From an uncultured Myxococcales bacterium (GTDB taxonomy: Bacteria; Myxococcota_A; Polyangia; JAAYKL01): 64,000 nucleotides of DNA. The notes beneath the pieces are model-generated. The model was not told where the DNA came from and did no database searches. It saw nothing but the letters and a program-made list of their open reading frames with translations. Made by a program: the position numbers and the translations under genes. Positions 1 through 8,725 of the stretch are shown one piece after another. Where the stretch lies: positions 15,526 through 79,525 of the forward strand of contig CAYWLQ010000004.1 in the NCBI GenBank assembly GCA_964458775.1. Reading direction: 5' to 3'. The stretch's first letter is position 1. The number at the start of each line of letters is the position of its first letter.

Positions 1-875
1 TAAACAACGGGGCTTTTGGAGAGCGCTTGGCTCAAATAGCTGCAGTTTACAACATTGAAACCGTGGTAATAGAACTTCCATGGGGTGCAGAAGTTCCTCT
101 AGACCAAGTTGAAGCAGCATTTATAGAAAATCCGGACATAGCTATTGCTGCTATGATACATCACGAAACATCAGTGGGTATTTTAAATCCGGTTGTTGAA
201 GTTGCCGAAATAGCCCATCGTTACGGTGCAAAGATAGTGGTAGATGCTGTGTCCAGTATGGGCGGAGAAGATATCAGTGTGGAGCGAGACGGCATTGATG
301 TTTGTATTACCAGTGCAAATAAATGTATCCACGCCCTTTCCGGGCTTGCTTCTGTATGCATTCATCAAGACATGTGGAAAACCATAGAGGGGAATGCTCC
401 TCGAAACTTCTATCTCGACCTCAGACGTTATTTAAACTTCATGGTAGAAAAGCGCCAAACACCATTTACTCCTTCAGTAAACACTATGATGGCGCTTAAC
501 GCTGCGCTGGATGAGTTGCTTGAGGTCGGAGTAACTGCTCGCCAGAACCACTATCGCAAACTTAACGCTCATCTTAGAGAAGGGCTTATGGCCTTAGGGT
601 TGAAAATCCTTGTTGATGAAAACCGCTCTTCTCACAGTTTAACTATTGTTGAGGTACCCATCGGAATGGAGTTCTCTGATATTTATCAAGGCGTAAAAGA
701 GCGTGGTTTTATCGTTTACGAATGCAAAGGTGATCTTTCAAGCAGGTATTTTCAAATAGCAAACATGGGTGCATTGGAGATAACTCACGTCGATGAATTT
801 TTAGCTTCTTTGGCAGACGTTTTAGCAGGTCTTAGAAAAGAAGAATGGGTCAGATCTGCCGAATTACGTTGCTAA
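1..875 (+). CDS. Class V (PLP) aminotransferase, 5' partial (serine-pyruvate / 2-aminoethylphosphonate-pyruvate transaminase-like)
   Basis: The ORF frame is open to the window start (NNGAFGERLAQ... precedes the first Met). Motifs 'HHETSVG' and 'SANKC' (PLP-Lys) are typical of AGXT/PhnW-type class V aminotransferases. The gene continues upstream of the window. Confidence 0.6.
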   Translation, partial: NNGAFGERLAQIAAVYNIETVVIELPWGAEVPLDQVEAAFIENPDIAIAAMIHHETSVGILNPVVEVAEIAHRYGAKIVVDAVSSMGGEDISVERDGIDVCITSANKCIHALSGLASVCIHQDMWKTIEGNAPRNFYLDLRRYLNFMVEKRQTPFTPSVNTMMALNAALDELLEVGVTARQNHYRKLNAHLREGLMALGLKILVDENRSSHSLTIVEVPIGMEFSDIYQGVKERGFIVYECKGDLSSRYFQIANMGALEITHVDEFLASLADVLAGLRKEEWVRSAELRC

Positions 876-1035
876 ATCTAGATTTATAATTTTTGTTTAA
901 ATCTGACTGTTTTTGTTTGATAGAGCACAAATTCAGATAAGTTTACAATTGTATTTGGTTTTTATTTAGCAATGCAGCAAATTATGGAATTGGCATATCT
1001 AAACATGTCAGTTATTCTCTTTTTGGAGAGATCAA

Positions 1036-1776
1036 ATGAGTCGAGGAAGGTCGAAAATTTTGCTTGTTACCGGCGGAGCAAAACGGATTGGTAAGGCCAT
1101 TGCGATTTCTGCTGCCTCTCAAGGATTCGATGTTGTCATTCACTATCAAAATTCTAAAGCCGAAGCCGAAACAACTGCCGCAGAAATTATCGATCTTGGA
1201 CGGCGCGCATTTCTTGTCTATGGGGATCTAAACTGTCCGACAATTTCTGAAAATATTCTGAAAAGCGCCTTTGAACAAGCGGGCGGTCTAGATGTGTTGG
1301 TTTCAAATGCTTCGATTTTTAATTTTAGCAATCTACTCGACTTTAATATTGAAGAACTGGAAAATGAAATAAGGGTTAATGCTTTCTCTCCATTGATAAT
1401 GGCGAGAGCCTTCTCTCGTTTAGTAGATGGCGGTGTTATCATTCATCTGTTGGACTCTCGCATGACATCTTATGACAAGCTGCACGCAGCATATCACTTT
1501 TCAAAGCGAATGCTTTACGACATAACCAGATTACTGGCCATAGAACTGGCTCCCTCTTTTAGGGTTAACGCAGTTGCTCCCGGACTGATACTTCCTCCTC
1601 CAAGCGAGCCAATGTCCTATCTAGAGTCTCACCGTACCGACAATCTTCTACACAGATATGGATCACCGGAAGAAATAGCTTCGGCGGTTATGTTTTTGGT
1701 GAACAGTAAATTCATTACCGGTCAGGTAATCTATGTGGACGGCGGCAGAAATCTGAAAGGTTCAGTATACGGATGA
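1036..1776 (+). CDS. Short-chain dehydrogenase/reductase, pteridine reductase (PTR1/FolM-like)
   Basis: N-terminal 'LVTGGAKRIGKAIA...HYQNSKAEAE' matches the PTR1/FolM signature TGaAKRlG...HY..S. A YxxxK segment ('YHFSKRM') is present. It sits directly upstream of and overlaps folB. Confidence 0.6.
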   Translation: MSRGRSKILLVTGGAKRIGKAIAISAASQGFDVVIHYQNSKAEAETTAAEIIDLGRRAFLVYGDLNCPTISENILKSAFEQAGGLDVLVSNASIFNFSNLLDFNIEELENEIRVNAFSPLIMARAFSRLVDGGVIIHLLDSRMTSYDKLHAAYHFSKRMLYDITRLLAIELAPSFRVNAVAPGLILPPPSEPMSYLESHRTDNLLHRYGSPEEIASAVMFLVNSKFITGQVIYVDGGRNLKGSVYG

Positions 1777-2168
1777 TTGATAGAGAAAAAAATATTTGTC
1801 GCTCGACCCTGGATCGGATAACTATTAGAGAGTTAAAGGCCAGAACTTTTGTTGGTTTTAACGACTGGGAACAAGAAAAGAAACAAGAAGTGTCAATCAC
1901 AATAGCATTGCACGCTGACTTAACCGTTGCATGTCATAGTGATAAGGTGGAAGACACAATCGATTATAAAATAATTAAAAATCGTGTACTCACTTTTGTT
2001 GAAAACAACAGGTTCAATCTAATAGAAAAAATGTCCGAAGATATTGCTAAGTTGTGTTTGGAGAATACTCAAATTGAAATTGTGGAAGTTACGGTTAATA
2101 AAGGTTCTGCTTTACGTTTTGCCGATAGCGTTGAAACCAATATCATTCGTTATAAAAAGCATGTCTGA
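1773..2168 (+). CDS. folB: Dihydroneopterin aldolase
   Basis: 131 aa. 'ITIRELKARTFVGFNDWEQEKKQEVSITIAL' is a typical FolB core. There is a 4-nt overlap with the upstream SDR. Confidence 0.7.
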   Translation: MIDREKNICRSTLDRITIRELKARTFVGFNDWEQEKKQEVSITIALHADLTVACHSDKVEDTIDYKIIKNRVLTFVENNRFNLIEKMSEDIAKLCLENTQIEIVEVTVNKGSALRFADSVETNIIRYKKHV

Positions 2169-2709
2169 AAATAACATACTGACTGTTGCTTATATTTTAG
2201 CAGGATCTAATATAGATCCTATCCCAAATATTACTAACGGTCTTGTTATCCTGTCAGAATCTGTAACTGTTTTGGATATATCAACACATTATTCTTCTCG
2301 CCCGACTTTGCGAAAGAATCAACCCAACTTTGTCAACGGTGTTTGGAAAATTGAAACCGACCTTGACCCGGTATCGCTGCAATTCGGCTTGCTTCGTGAA
2401 ATAGAAAATCAGCGCGGAAGAGAGCGAACATCGGACAAACACGCTGCTCGCACTTTAGATTTGGATTTGCTGCTTTTCGGCAATACAATAATGAAAACTG
2501 AACAACTGATTCTTCCTGCAAAAGAAATCTATCAATACCTCCATGCAGCAATACCTTTGGCGGATATTGCGCCGAATTTGATTTTGCCGGATATAAACAA
2601 GAGAGTTTGTGATTTAAAAATGCCGCAAGATAAAAACGAGCTTGTGCCGATGCCGGAGCTGACTGTTTTTCTGAAAGGAAAAATACAAAATGAATTTGGA
2701 AAAAATTAG
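2161..2709 (+). CDS. folK: 2-amino-4-hydroxy-6-hydroxymethyldihydropteridine pyrophosphokinase (HPPK)
   Basis: An internal ATG at 2161 gives '[20 protein letters not shown]...', the HPPK N-terminal signature (ayialGSN). The upstream part of the track ORF 2044.. overlaps the folB 3' end and is probably not coding. 'LDLDLLLFG' is an HPPK motif. Confidence 0.7.
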   Translation: MSENNILTVAYILAGSNIDPIPNITNGLVILSESVTVLDISTHYSSRPTLRKNQPNFVNGVWKIETDLDPVSLQFGLLREIENQRGRERTSDKHAARTLDLDLLLFGNTIMKTEQLILPAKEIYQYLHAAIPLADIAPNLILPDINKRVCDLKMPQDKNELVPMPELTVFLKGKIQNEFGKN

Positions 2710-3253
2710 TCAATTAGTTAGGGAGTTGTTAATTGAAATCGGAGAAGACCCTGATCGCGAGGGCTTACAAAAAACCCCGGAGCGAGTCGCTCGCGCATAT
2801 GCAGAGTTGACCAAAGGATACAGACAAATTCCCGAAGACATTATTAACAATGCTGTTTTTAAATCTGAATCAAACAACATGATTATTGCGAGAGACATAG
2901 AAGTATTCAGCATGTGTGAGCATCACATGTTACCGTTCTACGGCAAATGTCATGTAGGTTATATTGCCAATGACAAAGTTTTAGGGTTAAGCAAAATAGC
3001 TCGTATTGTTGACCTCTATTCAAGACGACTCCAAATTCAAGAGCGACTTACCGCTCAGATTGCCGAGCAAATCAAAGACGCTGTAAATGCAGAAGGAGTC
3101 GGCGTAGTAATGGAATGCCGCCATTTATGCATGATGATGCGCGGAGTAGAAAAACAAAACTCTGTCATGACCACATCATCGGTTCTAGGCTCAATCCACA
3201 ATGAACCGGAAGCACGCGCTGAATTTTTAACTCTTATTAATCGTTCTGTTTAG
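2690..3253 (+). CDS. folE: GTP cyclohydrolase I
   Basis: '[17 protein letters not shown]' and '[15 protein letters not shown]' are canonical FolE motifs. It overlaps the folK 3' end by 20 nt. Confidence 0.9.
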   Translation: MNLEKISQLVRELLIEIGEDPDREGLQKTPERVARAYAELTKGYRQIPEDIINNAVFKSESNNMIIARDIEVFSMCEHHMLPFYGKCHVGYIANDKVLGLSKIARIVDLYSRRLQIQERLTAQIAEQIKDAVNAEGVGVVMECRHLCMMMRGVEKQNSVMTTSSVLGSIHNEPEARAEFLTLINRSV

Positions 3254-3299
3254 TATATATTTGAAAAATAAGTTCTATGAACATGCGCAAAAACCCAAT

Positions 3300-6200
3300 C
3301 TACTTTAGGTTCAAACGCCTCATCATTTTCTGCAAACCAAATCGGGATATTCCCAACATAGTTGCTGCTGCAGTTTGATTTCCTTTTGCGTCCCTTAGCG
3401 CTGCTGTTAACAGCCTTTTTTTGAGGCGATCCACCTGAAGATTAATGTCCAAATTTGTCTCTGCAACACTCATTTCTTCCAATTGTGTTACAATATCTTG
3501 AGATAGGTGTTCAGGGCCGATTTCTTTTTCCGAAAGCACAACAGATCTAATAATTTCATTTTCTAATTGGCGAACATTTCCGGGCCACGAATAATCAATC
3601 AATATTTCTGCTGCTGCTTTAGTAATTAATTTCTTTTGACTGCTGTGTTTGGCAATGAAATGTTCCGCCAAAAGAAGAATATCTTCTTTTCTTTTTCTAA
3701 GCGGCGGCAGTGTTATTTCAATAACATTTAGACGATAATATAAGTCTTCTCTAAAAGAACCCTCTTTTACGTGTGCTTTTAGGTCTGAATTTGTTGCAGC
3801 TAAAATTCTAACATTTACTGTGCGAGTTTTGGTTCCCCCGACAGGTCTAACTTCGTGATTTTGTAATACACGAAGTAACTTAGCTTGTATGGAAAGAGGC
3901 AGGTCTGCAATCTCATCTAAAAACAGAGTTCCGCCGTCAGCCTCTACAAATAAGCCTCGACTGTCAACCACAGCTCCAGTAAACGCTCCTTTTGCATGAC
4001 CAAAAAACACTGACTCCATTAAGGACTCAGGGATGGCAGCACAGTTTTCAGCAACAAATGATTTCTTCTTTCGAGCACTGTTAAAATGAATTGCACGGGC
4101 AACAAGTTCCTTTCCGGTTCCTGACTCTCCGCCGATTATTACCGGAAAATCAGCCGCTACTATTCTGTCCAATAGACGAAAGAGTTCGACCATCGGTTTT
4201 GAATGAGCAACAATTTCATCATATTTATATCTATTAATAAGCTCTGTTGTACGCTTTTCTAATTGCTCTTTTACTTCCTCAAGTTCTCCTTCACGGCGTT
4301 CAAGTTTTCCGGCCAAATCACGATTTAGACGCTCAATACGAGCTTGACGTCTATCCAACTCCAATCGCAATCTGGCATTAGTCAGAGCAATTGCCGCTTG
4401 GTCTGCCAGTGCTTCAAGAAGTGCTAATCTGGTTTCATCGAAACGACCCGGTTGCTTGCTGTCTAGATATATTGTTCCCTGAGCCTTTCCATCTACAAGC
4501 AAAGGTATTGCAGCAATATATCTAAGATTAAAACGAACTACGCTGATCATTTCGTTAAATCGATCATCATCACGTGCATCAGTAGTTAATAACGGCTCTT
4601 TCATCTCAAAGGCACGGAGAGCAGCGCCGCGAGAAAAGCCGGCTTCTTCCAAAGACAAAGACTCTTTGTCCATATTTCTTGCACACCTTATTTTAAGCTC
4701 TCCTTTGGGACTAGCAATAAGCAAGAATCCTCGTTCAGCGTGAGTAATATCAAGAGCTGCATCCATTATCATTTCTAATAATCGTCCTACACGAAACTCT
4801 GAATTGAGCCTGGTATTAATTCTGGCCAAGTGTTCCCATCCGTATGAAGATTCAAAAAGATGAGACGATGTTTCTTTGTTTATAATCATATTCATCTCCC
4901 TTAAATACGGAGCATCGGCCTTTTGATACAAGGATGGAATTTTTTTCTGCATTGAAGATGTAATTATAGATGCAGCTGTAGCCGCACGACAGGATTCTGC
5001 CTTTTGACCGGTTGCAAAAGCAGCACGGGCAACCTCAACAAAGGCTTTTAAATGCTCATCTCTGTAGTAAGCTTGGTCTGTAGGTAATAGGCGAAGTAAA
5101 TCTTTAAGTGTCAACGCAATGTCACCGTTTGATTTGGTTGTTAGTTTTAACAAGAGTCTTTGATATTCCAATTGCAGAGATGCGTTTTTATTATGCGCTG
5201 ACAAACTAATCTTGTTCAGATAGTGTGTAGCATTTTCAAAATCCCCTATATCAATAGCTAACTCCGCAAGATGAAGCCGTGCTGAATCTGAAGACAAATC
5301 GCTTTTTTCCACGCCCGACCGAGCCTCGGCTTCCTCAAACAGTAACCGAGCTTCATCATAACGGTTTAGGGCAACAAGAATATCTCCTCTGACACATAAA
5401 ATGGTGCCGGAAAATTGCGAATTTGAACATCGTGCATCCTCCAAAGCTAAACGAGATACAGTCTCCGCACCTGCCAAATCTCCGAGTCTAAACAGAAGCT
5501 CTGCATAATTTGCTCCAGCCAAAGACAGTTCGCCGGGTCGCCCGAACAGTCTGATTTGTGACAAGCCTTCTCTATAAGCTTCAAGTGATTCTGAAAATCT
5601 TCCCAACTCAGTCAATGCCGCCGCCAAGTTTAAAATGTGGGTGGCTGCACCGTGTCGATCTCCAGCTTTTTTTGCAAATTTTACAGCTTCTGAATAAAAG
5701 GCGGCGGCTTCTATAAAATTTGATGTTCGATGACGCTGCATACCCATAAGGCCGTTGAATCTGGCTAAGCTTTTGTAGTCATATCGAGATGATGCCTTTT
5801 CAATTCCTTGAGCAAAAATGAATAATGCACGATCATCATTACCGCTAGACAAAAAAACAAGACCTACAGACGCAGATATTTCACAGTAAACCTCTGATGA
5901 AAGTTGCTCAAAAGAAATTTGTTCAACCAGTTTTCTTGCAGATTCCAAATGTCCTCGTTCAAGTTCGATGCGGGCAATTGTCGATAAGGCTGCCCCTTTT
6001 ACATCATGATTATTTGATTCTTTAAGTACTTTCAGTATTTCAACTGCTGAGCTTGTTTCTCCCAACAGACGGAGAGATAATGCCTGTTCAAGATATGCAC
6101 TGTCGTTGTTGTTCGAAGCCGTTTCTAACGCCACGCTTACAGTATCAATAGCCAATCTATATTCACCTGTTTGACGATACAACCGCGCCAAGAGCACTCT

Positions 6201-8369
6201 TAATCTACCTTCTTCTTCAGTCGAAAATGCCTTAAGAGAAATCGCTCTTGATAAATAAATAGCACCTCCTGTCAAATCGCCGGCAGCGATCAAAACAATA
6301 TAGGCATCTTTTGCAGCTGTTTTTGCTCGTTCCCAATCCTCAGCAGCATATGCATGGTCTGCTATTTTCCAAGGAGCGGCTGTGCCTGTTTTGTCCAAAA
6401 GAATAATGGCTTTTTGATGAAGTTCTCTCAATCTCCTAGAAGAAATCATTGTTGTCAGACGTTTTGCCGAAAAGGTCTTTAAAGAGATACTACCGTTATC
6501 TATGTCAACCCAACCTTGCTTTTCGAGAGTTCTAAGGTATTCCACTAGAATTGCTTCGTTTTGAATATGGAAAGTTGATGTTAGACTCTCTAAGGATACC
6601 TGTTCCCCAATCACTGCCAAAAACTCTATTGTATTTTTAGCAAGCGGATCCAATCCTTCTAAGAAGCTCTTTATTGCAGCATCAAGCGGATCCGTTTGAA
6701 ATAGCAGTTTGTCAAGGTCTGTCTCTTCAAATTTACCGTTAGGACGAGTATCCAGAAGTGCTAAGAGAATTGCTTCGACAGCAAGCGGAATGCCGCCGGA
6801 CATGCGATGTATTTTCTTTTGAAACTCAACAGCAGCAGGACGCCCTAAAATCTGGGTTACCATGTCGCATTCTTCTTCTATAGAAAGGGGCGGAATTTCA
6901 AGGATTGGAATATCTACATCAACAGAAGTAACAGTCTTTGGAACCATGCCTCTGATTTCTACTGCAACAGTAACGGACGGTCCTAAAACCCTGCTCATTC
7001 GTCTTAGAAGATGAAGCACAGCTAACGCGATATGAGGATTGTTGTCCTCTATTAGAATAATTGCCGGATAATTCAGTTTCCAGAAAACTTCCGCTATTTC
7101 AGTTATTAAGCTAACTTCATTTGTGCATTCTCGGTTAGGTAATGAATCAATTCTTCCTTCAATCCAACACTGCAAAAGTTTACAGGTTTCACCGGATGCC
7201 CTTACAAGAGAGGTTAGTATGGATCTCAGCGAGCCGCATATCAATTCCGGTGGAGTATTACCTTTTTCGGCAGCACGAATTTGAGCAGTAACAACAGCTG
7301 TTTTGAAAAATCTTGATTTACCCACACCCGGCGGACCGCTTATTGCCAGAGTTTGCACTGAATTATTGGGTCTATCCTCAAATATACTAAGCAGCTTTTC
7401 CGTTTCTTTCAAGCGTCCCGACAATCGTATACTTCTCGCTTTGGTAACACGACCGCCTTTGTCACTTGTACTGTAAGTTTCACATATGATGTCAGACAAA
7501 CTGTATTGTTGTGTTGCACCTATATTGATTATTAATGAAAGTGCTTTTGAAACATCGCCGGCACAAAAGAATCTTCGTTCCGCTTTTTGGGATGTCATTC
7601 GCTCAATAATTGCGTTTAGGAGATCTGAATCTGTAGCTTTAACAACTGAATGCAAAACATTATTCGGGTATGGGGGGAAGAAAGCTCTAGGTTTTTTGTC
7701 GGTAAGCAACTCAATTAAGGTAATTCCCAAGCTATAAATATCAGATCGTTCCTCAGGAAAACCGTGAAGCGCTTCTTCTGCTGTATAGCCGATTGTACCC
7801 GCTTTTAAACCGTCTGAGACTTTTCCATCTACTGCCAATCCAAAATCAATTAGCCTTACAGTATGTCCTTCATCACCTACCAAAATATTGGACGGTTTGA
7901 TATCCCGATGCAGCAACCCATAACGGTGGACAAGATCGAGAGCAGAAGCAACCGCTGAGACAATTCTTACTGCAGCAGCTACTCTGCCTATTCCAGGCTC
8001 TGCAATTGTCTTAATCCACTGATTGGAAGCCGAGCCGTTAACAAATTCGGAGGTGAAAAACATCGTATCCAAAAGCGGTCCGTCGCGGCCTTCAACTTGG
8101 AAAACCTTTCCCAAATCAAACACTTTGACAAGATGAAGATGTTCCATTCTTTTAACCGCTTCAAACTCATATCGAAGTAAACTATTTAAGGTAGATTTTG
8201 ATAATGTTTTTAGTGCTTTTAGATTGTCATTTTCAAGTCGGTCAGATACCAGATAGACTGTTCCTTGTCCTCCCTTTCCCAAAATGTCGTGAATGATATA
8301 TCTATTGTTAACAACCGCCTTTTCGACGAGATTTAACCGTTCCGGTTTGTTACACATTTGCTCAAACAT
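3300..8369 (-). CDS. Multidomain regulator: Ser/Thr protein kinase, P-loop STAND/AAA NTPase, TPR repeats, GAF, sigma-54 interaction domain, Fis-type HTH
   Basis: Kinase motifs 'LGKGGQGTVY', 'HRDIKPSNILV', 'DFGLA'. A Walker A 'GPPGVGKSRF' follows the kinase. A long TPR-like helical repeat region is followed by a GAF-like region. The C-terminal sigma-54 AAA+ carries '[18 protein letters not shown]', 'GAFTGA' and 'ESVFFGHAKGAFTGA', then a C-terminal HTH. The first in-frame ATG with a GGAG RBS is at 8369. The track start at 8408 is a TTG. Confidence 0.8.
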   Translation of the reverse strand: MFEQMCNKPERLNLVEKAVVNNRYIIHDILGKGGQGTVYLVSDRLENDNLKALKTLSKSTLNSLLRYEFEAVKRMEHLHLVKVFDLGKVFQVEGRDGPLLDTMFFTSEFVNGSASNQWIKTIAEPGIGRVAAAVRIVSAVASALDLVHRYGLLHRDIKPSNILVGDEGHTVRLIDFGLAVDGKVSDGLKAGTIGYTAEEALHGFPEERSDIYSLGITLIELLTDKKPRAFFPPYPNNVLHSVVKATDSDLLNAIIERMTSQKAERRFFCAGDVSKALSLIINIGATQQYSLSDIICETYSTSDKGGRVTKARSIRLSGRLKETEKLLSIFEDRPNNSVQTLAISGPPGVGKSRFFKTAVVTAQIRAAEKGNTPPELICGSLRSILTSLVRASGETCKLLQCWIEGRIDSLPNRECTNEVSLITEIAEVFWKLNYPAIILIEDNNPHIALAVLHLLRRMSRVLGPSVTVAVEIRGMVPKTVTSVDVDIPILEIPPLSIEEECDMVTQILGRPAAVEFQKKIHRMSGGIPLAVEAILLALLDTRPNGKFEETDLDKLLFQTDPLDAAIKSFLEGLDPLAKNTIEFLAVIGEQVSLESLTSTFHIQNEAILVEYLRTLEKQGWVDIDNGSISLKTFSAKRLTTMISSRRLRELHQKAIILLDKTGTAAPWKIADHAYAAEDWERAKTAAKDAYIVLIAAGDLTGGAIYLSRAISLKAFSTEEEGRLRVLLARLYRQTGEYRLAIDTVSVALETASNNNDSAYLEQALSLRLLGETSSAVEILKVLKESNNHDVKGAALSTIARIELERGHLESARKLVEQISFEQLSSEVYCEISASVGLVFLSSGNDDRALFIFAQGIEKASSRYDYKSLARFNGLMGMQRHRTSNFIEAAAFYSEAVKFAKKAGDRHGAATHILNLAAALTELGRFSESLEAYREGLSQIRLFGRPGELSLAGANYAELLFRLGDLAGAETVSRLALEDARCSNSQFSGTILCVRGDILVALNRYDEARLLFEEAEARSGVEKSDLSSDSARLHLAELAIDIGDFENATHYLNKISLSAHNKNASLQLEYQRLLLKLTTKSNGDIALTLKDLLRLLPTDQAYYRDEHLKAFVEVARAAFATGQKAESCRAATAASIITSSMQKKIPSLYQKADAPYLREMNMIINKETSSHLFESSYGWEHLARINTRLNSEFRVGRLLEMIMDAALDITHAERGFLLIASPKGELKIRCARNMDKESLSLEEAGFSRGAALRAFEMKEPLLTTDARDDDRFNEMISVVRFNLRYIAAIPLLVDGKAQGTIYLDSKQPGRFDETRLALLEALADQAAIALTNARLRLELDRRQARIERLNRDLAGKLERREGELEEVKEQLEKRTTELINRYKYDEIVAHSKPMVELFRLLDRIVAADFPVIIGGESGTGKELVARAIHFNSARKKKSFVAENCAAIPESLMESVFFGHAKGAFTGAVVDSRGLFVEADGGTLFLDEIADLPLSIQAKLLRVLQNHEVRPVGGTKTRTVNVRILAATNSDLKAHVKEGSFREDLYYRLNVIEITLPPLRKRKEDILLLAEHFIAKHSSQKKLITKAAAEILIDYSWPGNVRQLENEIIRSVVLSEKEIGPEHLSQDIVTQLEEMSVAETNLDINLQVDRLKKRLLTAALRDAKGNQTAAATMLGISRFGLQKMMRRLNLK

Positions 8370-8725
8370 ATGACAACTCCGTTGTATTAATTGTACAAAC
8401 CAAAACAATCCTTCCTATCAATTAACCAGAAACAGCATAATTATTCCTGTTGCAATATGCTGTAAAAATGCATATTTCCAACCTATTAAAGAATTTGCAT
8501 TTGATAAATGTTACCAAAACCCCATGTCAACAAGGTTGACAAACCTAATTTTACCTGAATATTTTTGAACAAGTGTTGTATGTAAGAAAAATACTACACA
8601 AAAGAAGAGTTCTAAACACATGTCTATTCAACAAAGAAAAATTTTCTATCCTTAATACGCGCACCATGTGCTAAGGTCACGAAGGATATATTTTTTAATT
8701 AATACAATCGGTCATGGGAGTTGCT

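Noticed and set aside
2044-2160. Upstream extension of the folK ORF (track start 2044)
   Set aside because: The extension overlaps the folB 3' end in another frame and encodes a hydrophobic, non-HPPK sequence. The internal ATG at 2161 gives the canonical HPPK N-terminus.
2333-2713. 126-aa minus-strand ORF antisense to folK
   Set aside because: It has no motif and is antisense to folK, so it is likely spurious.
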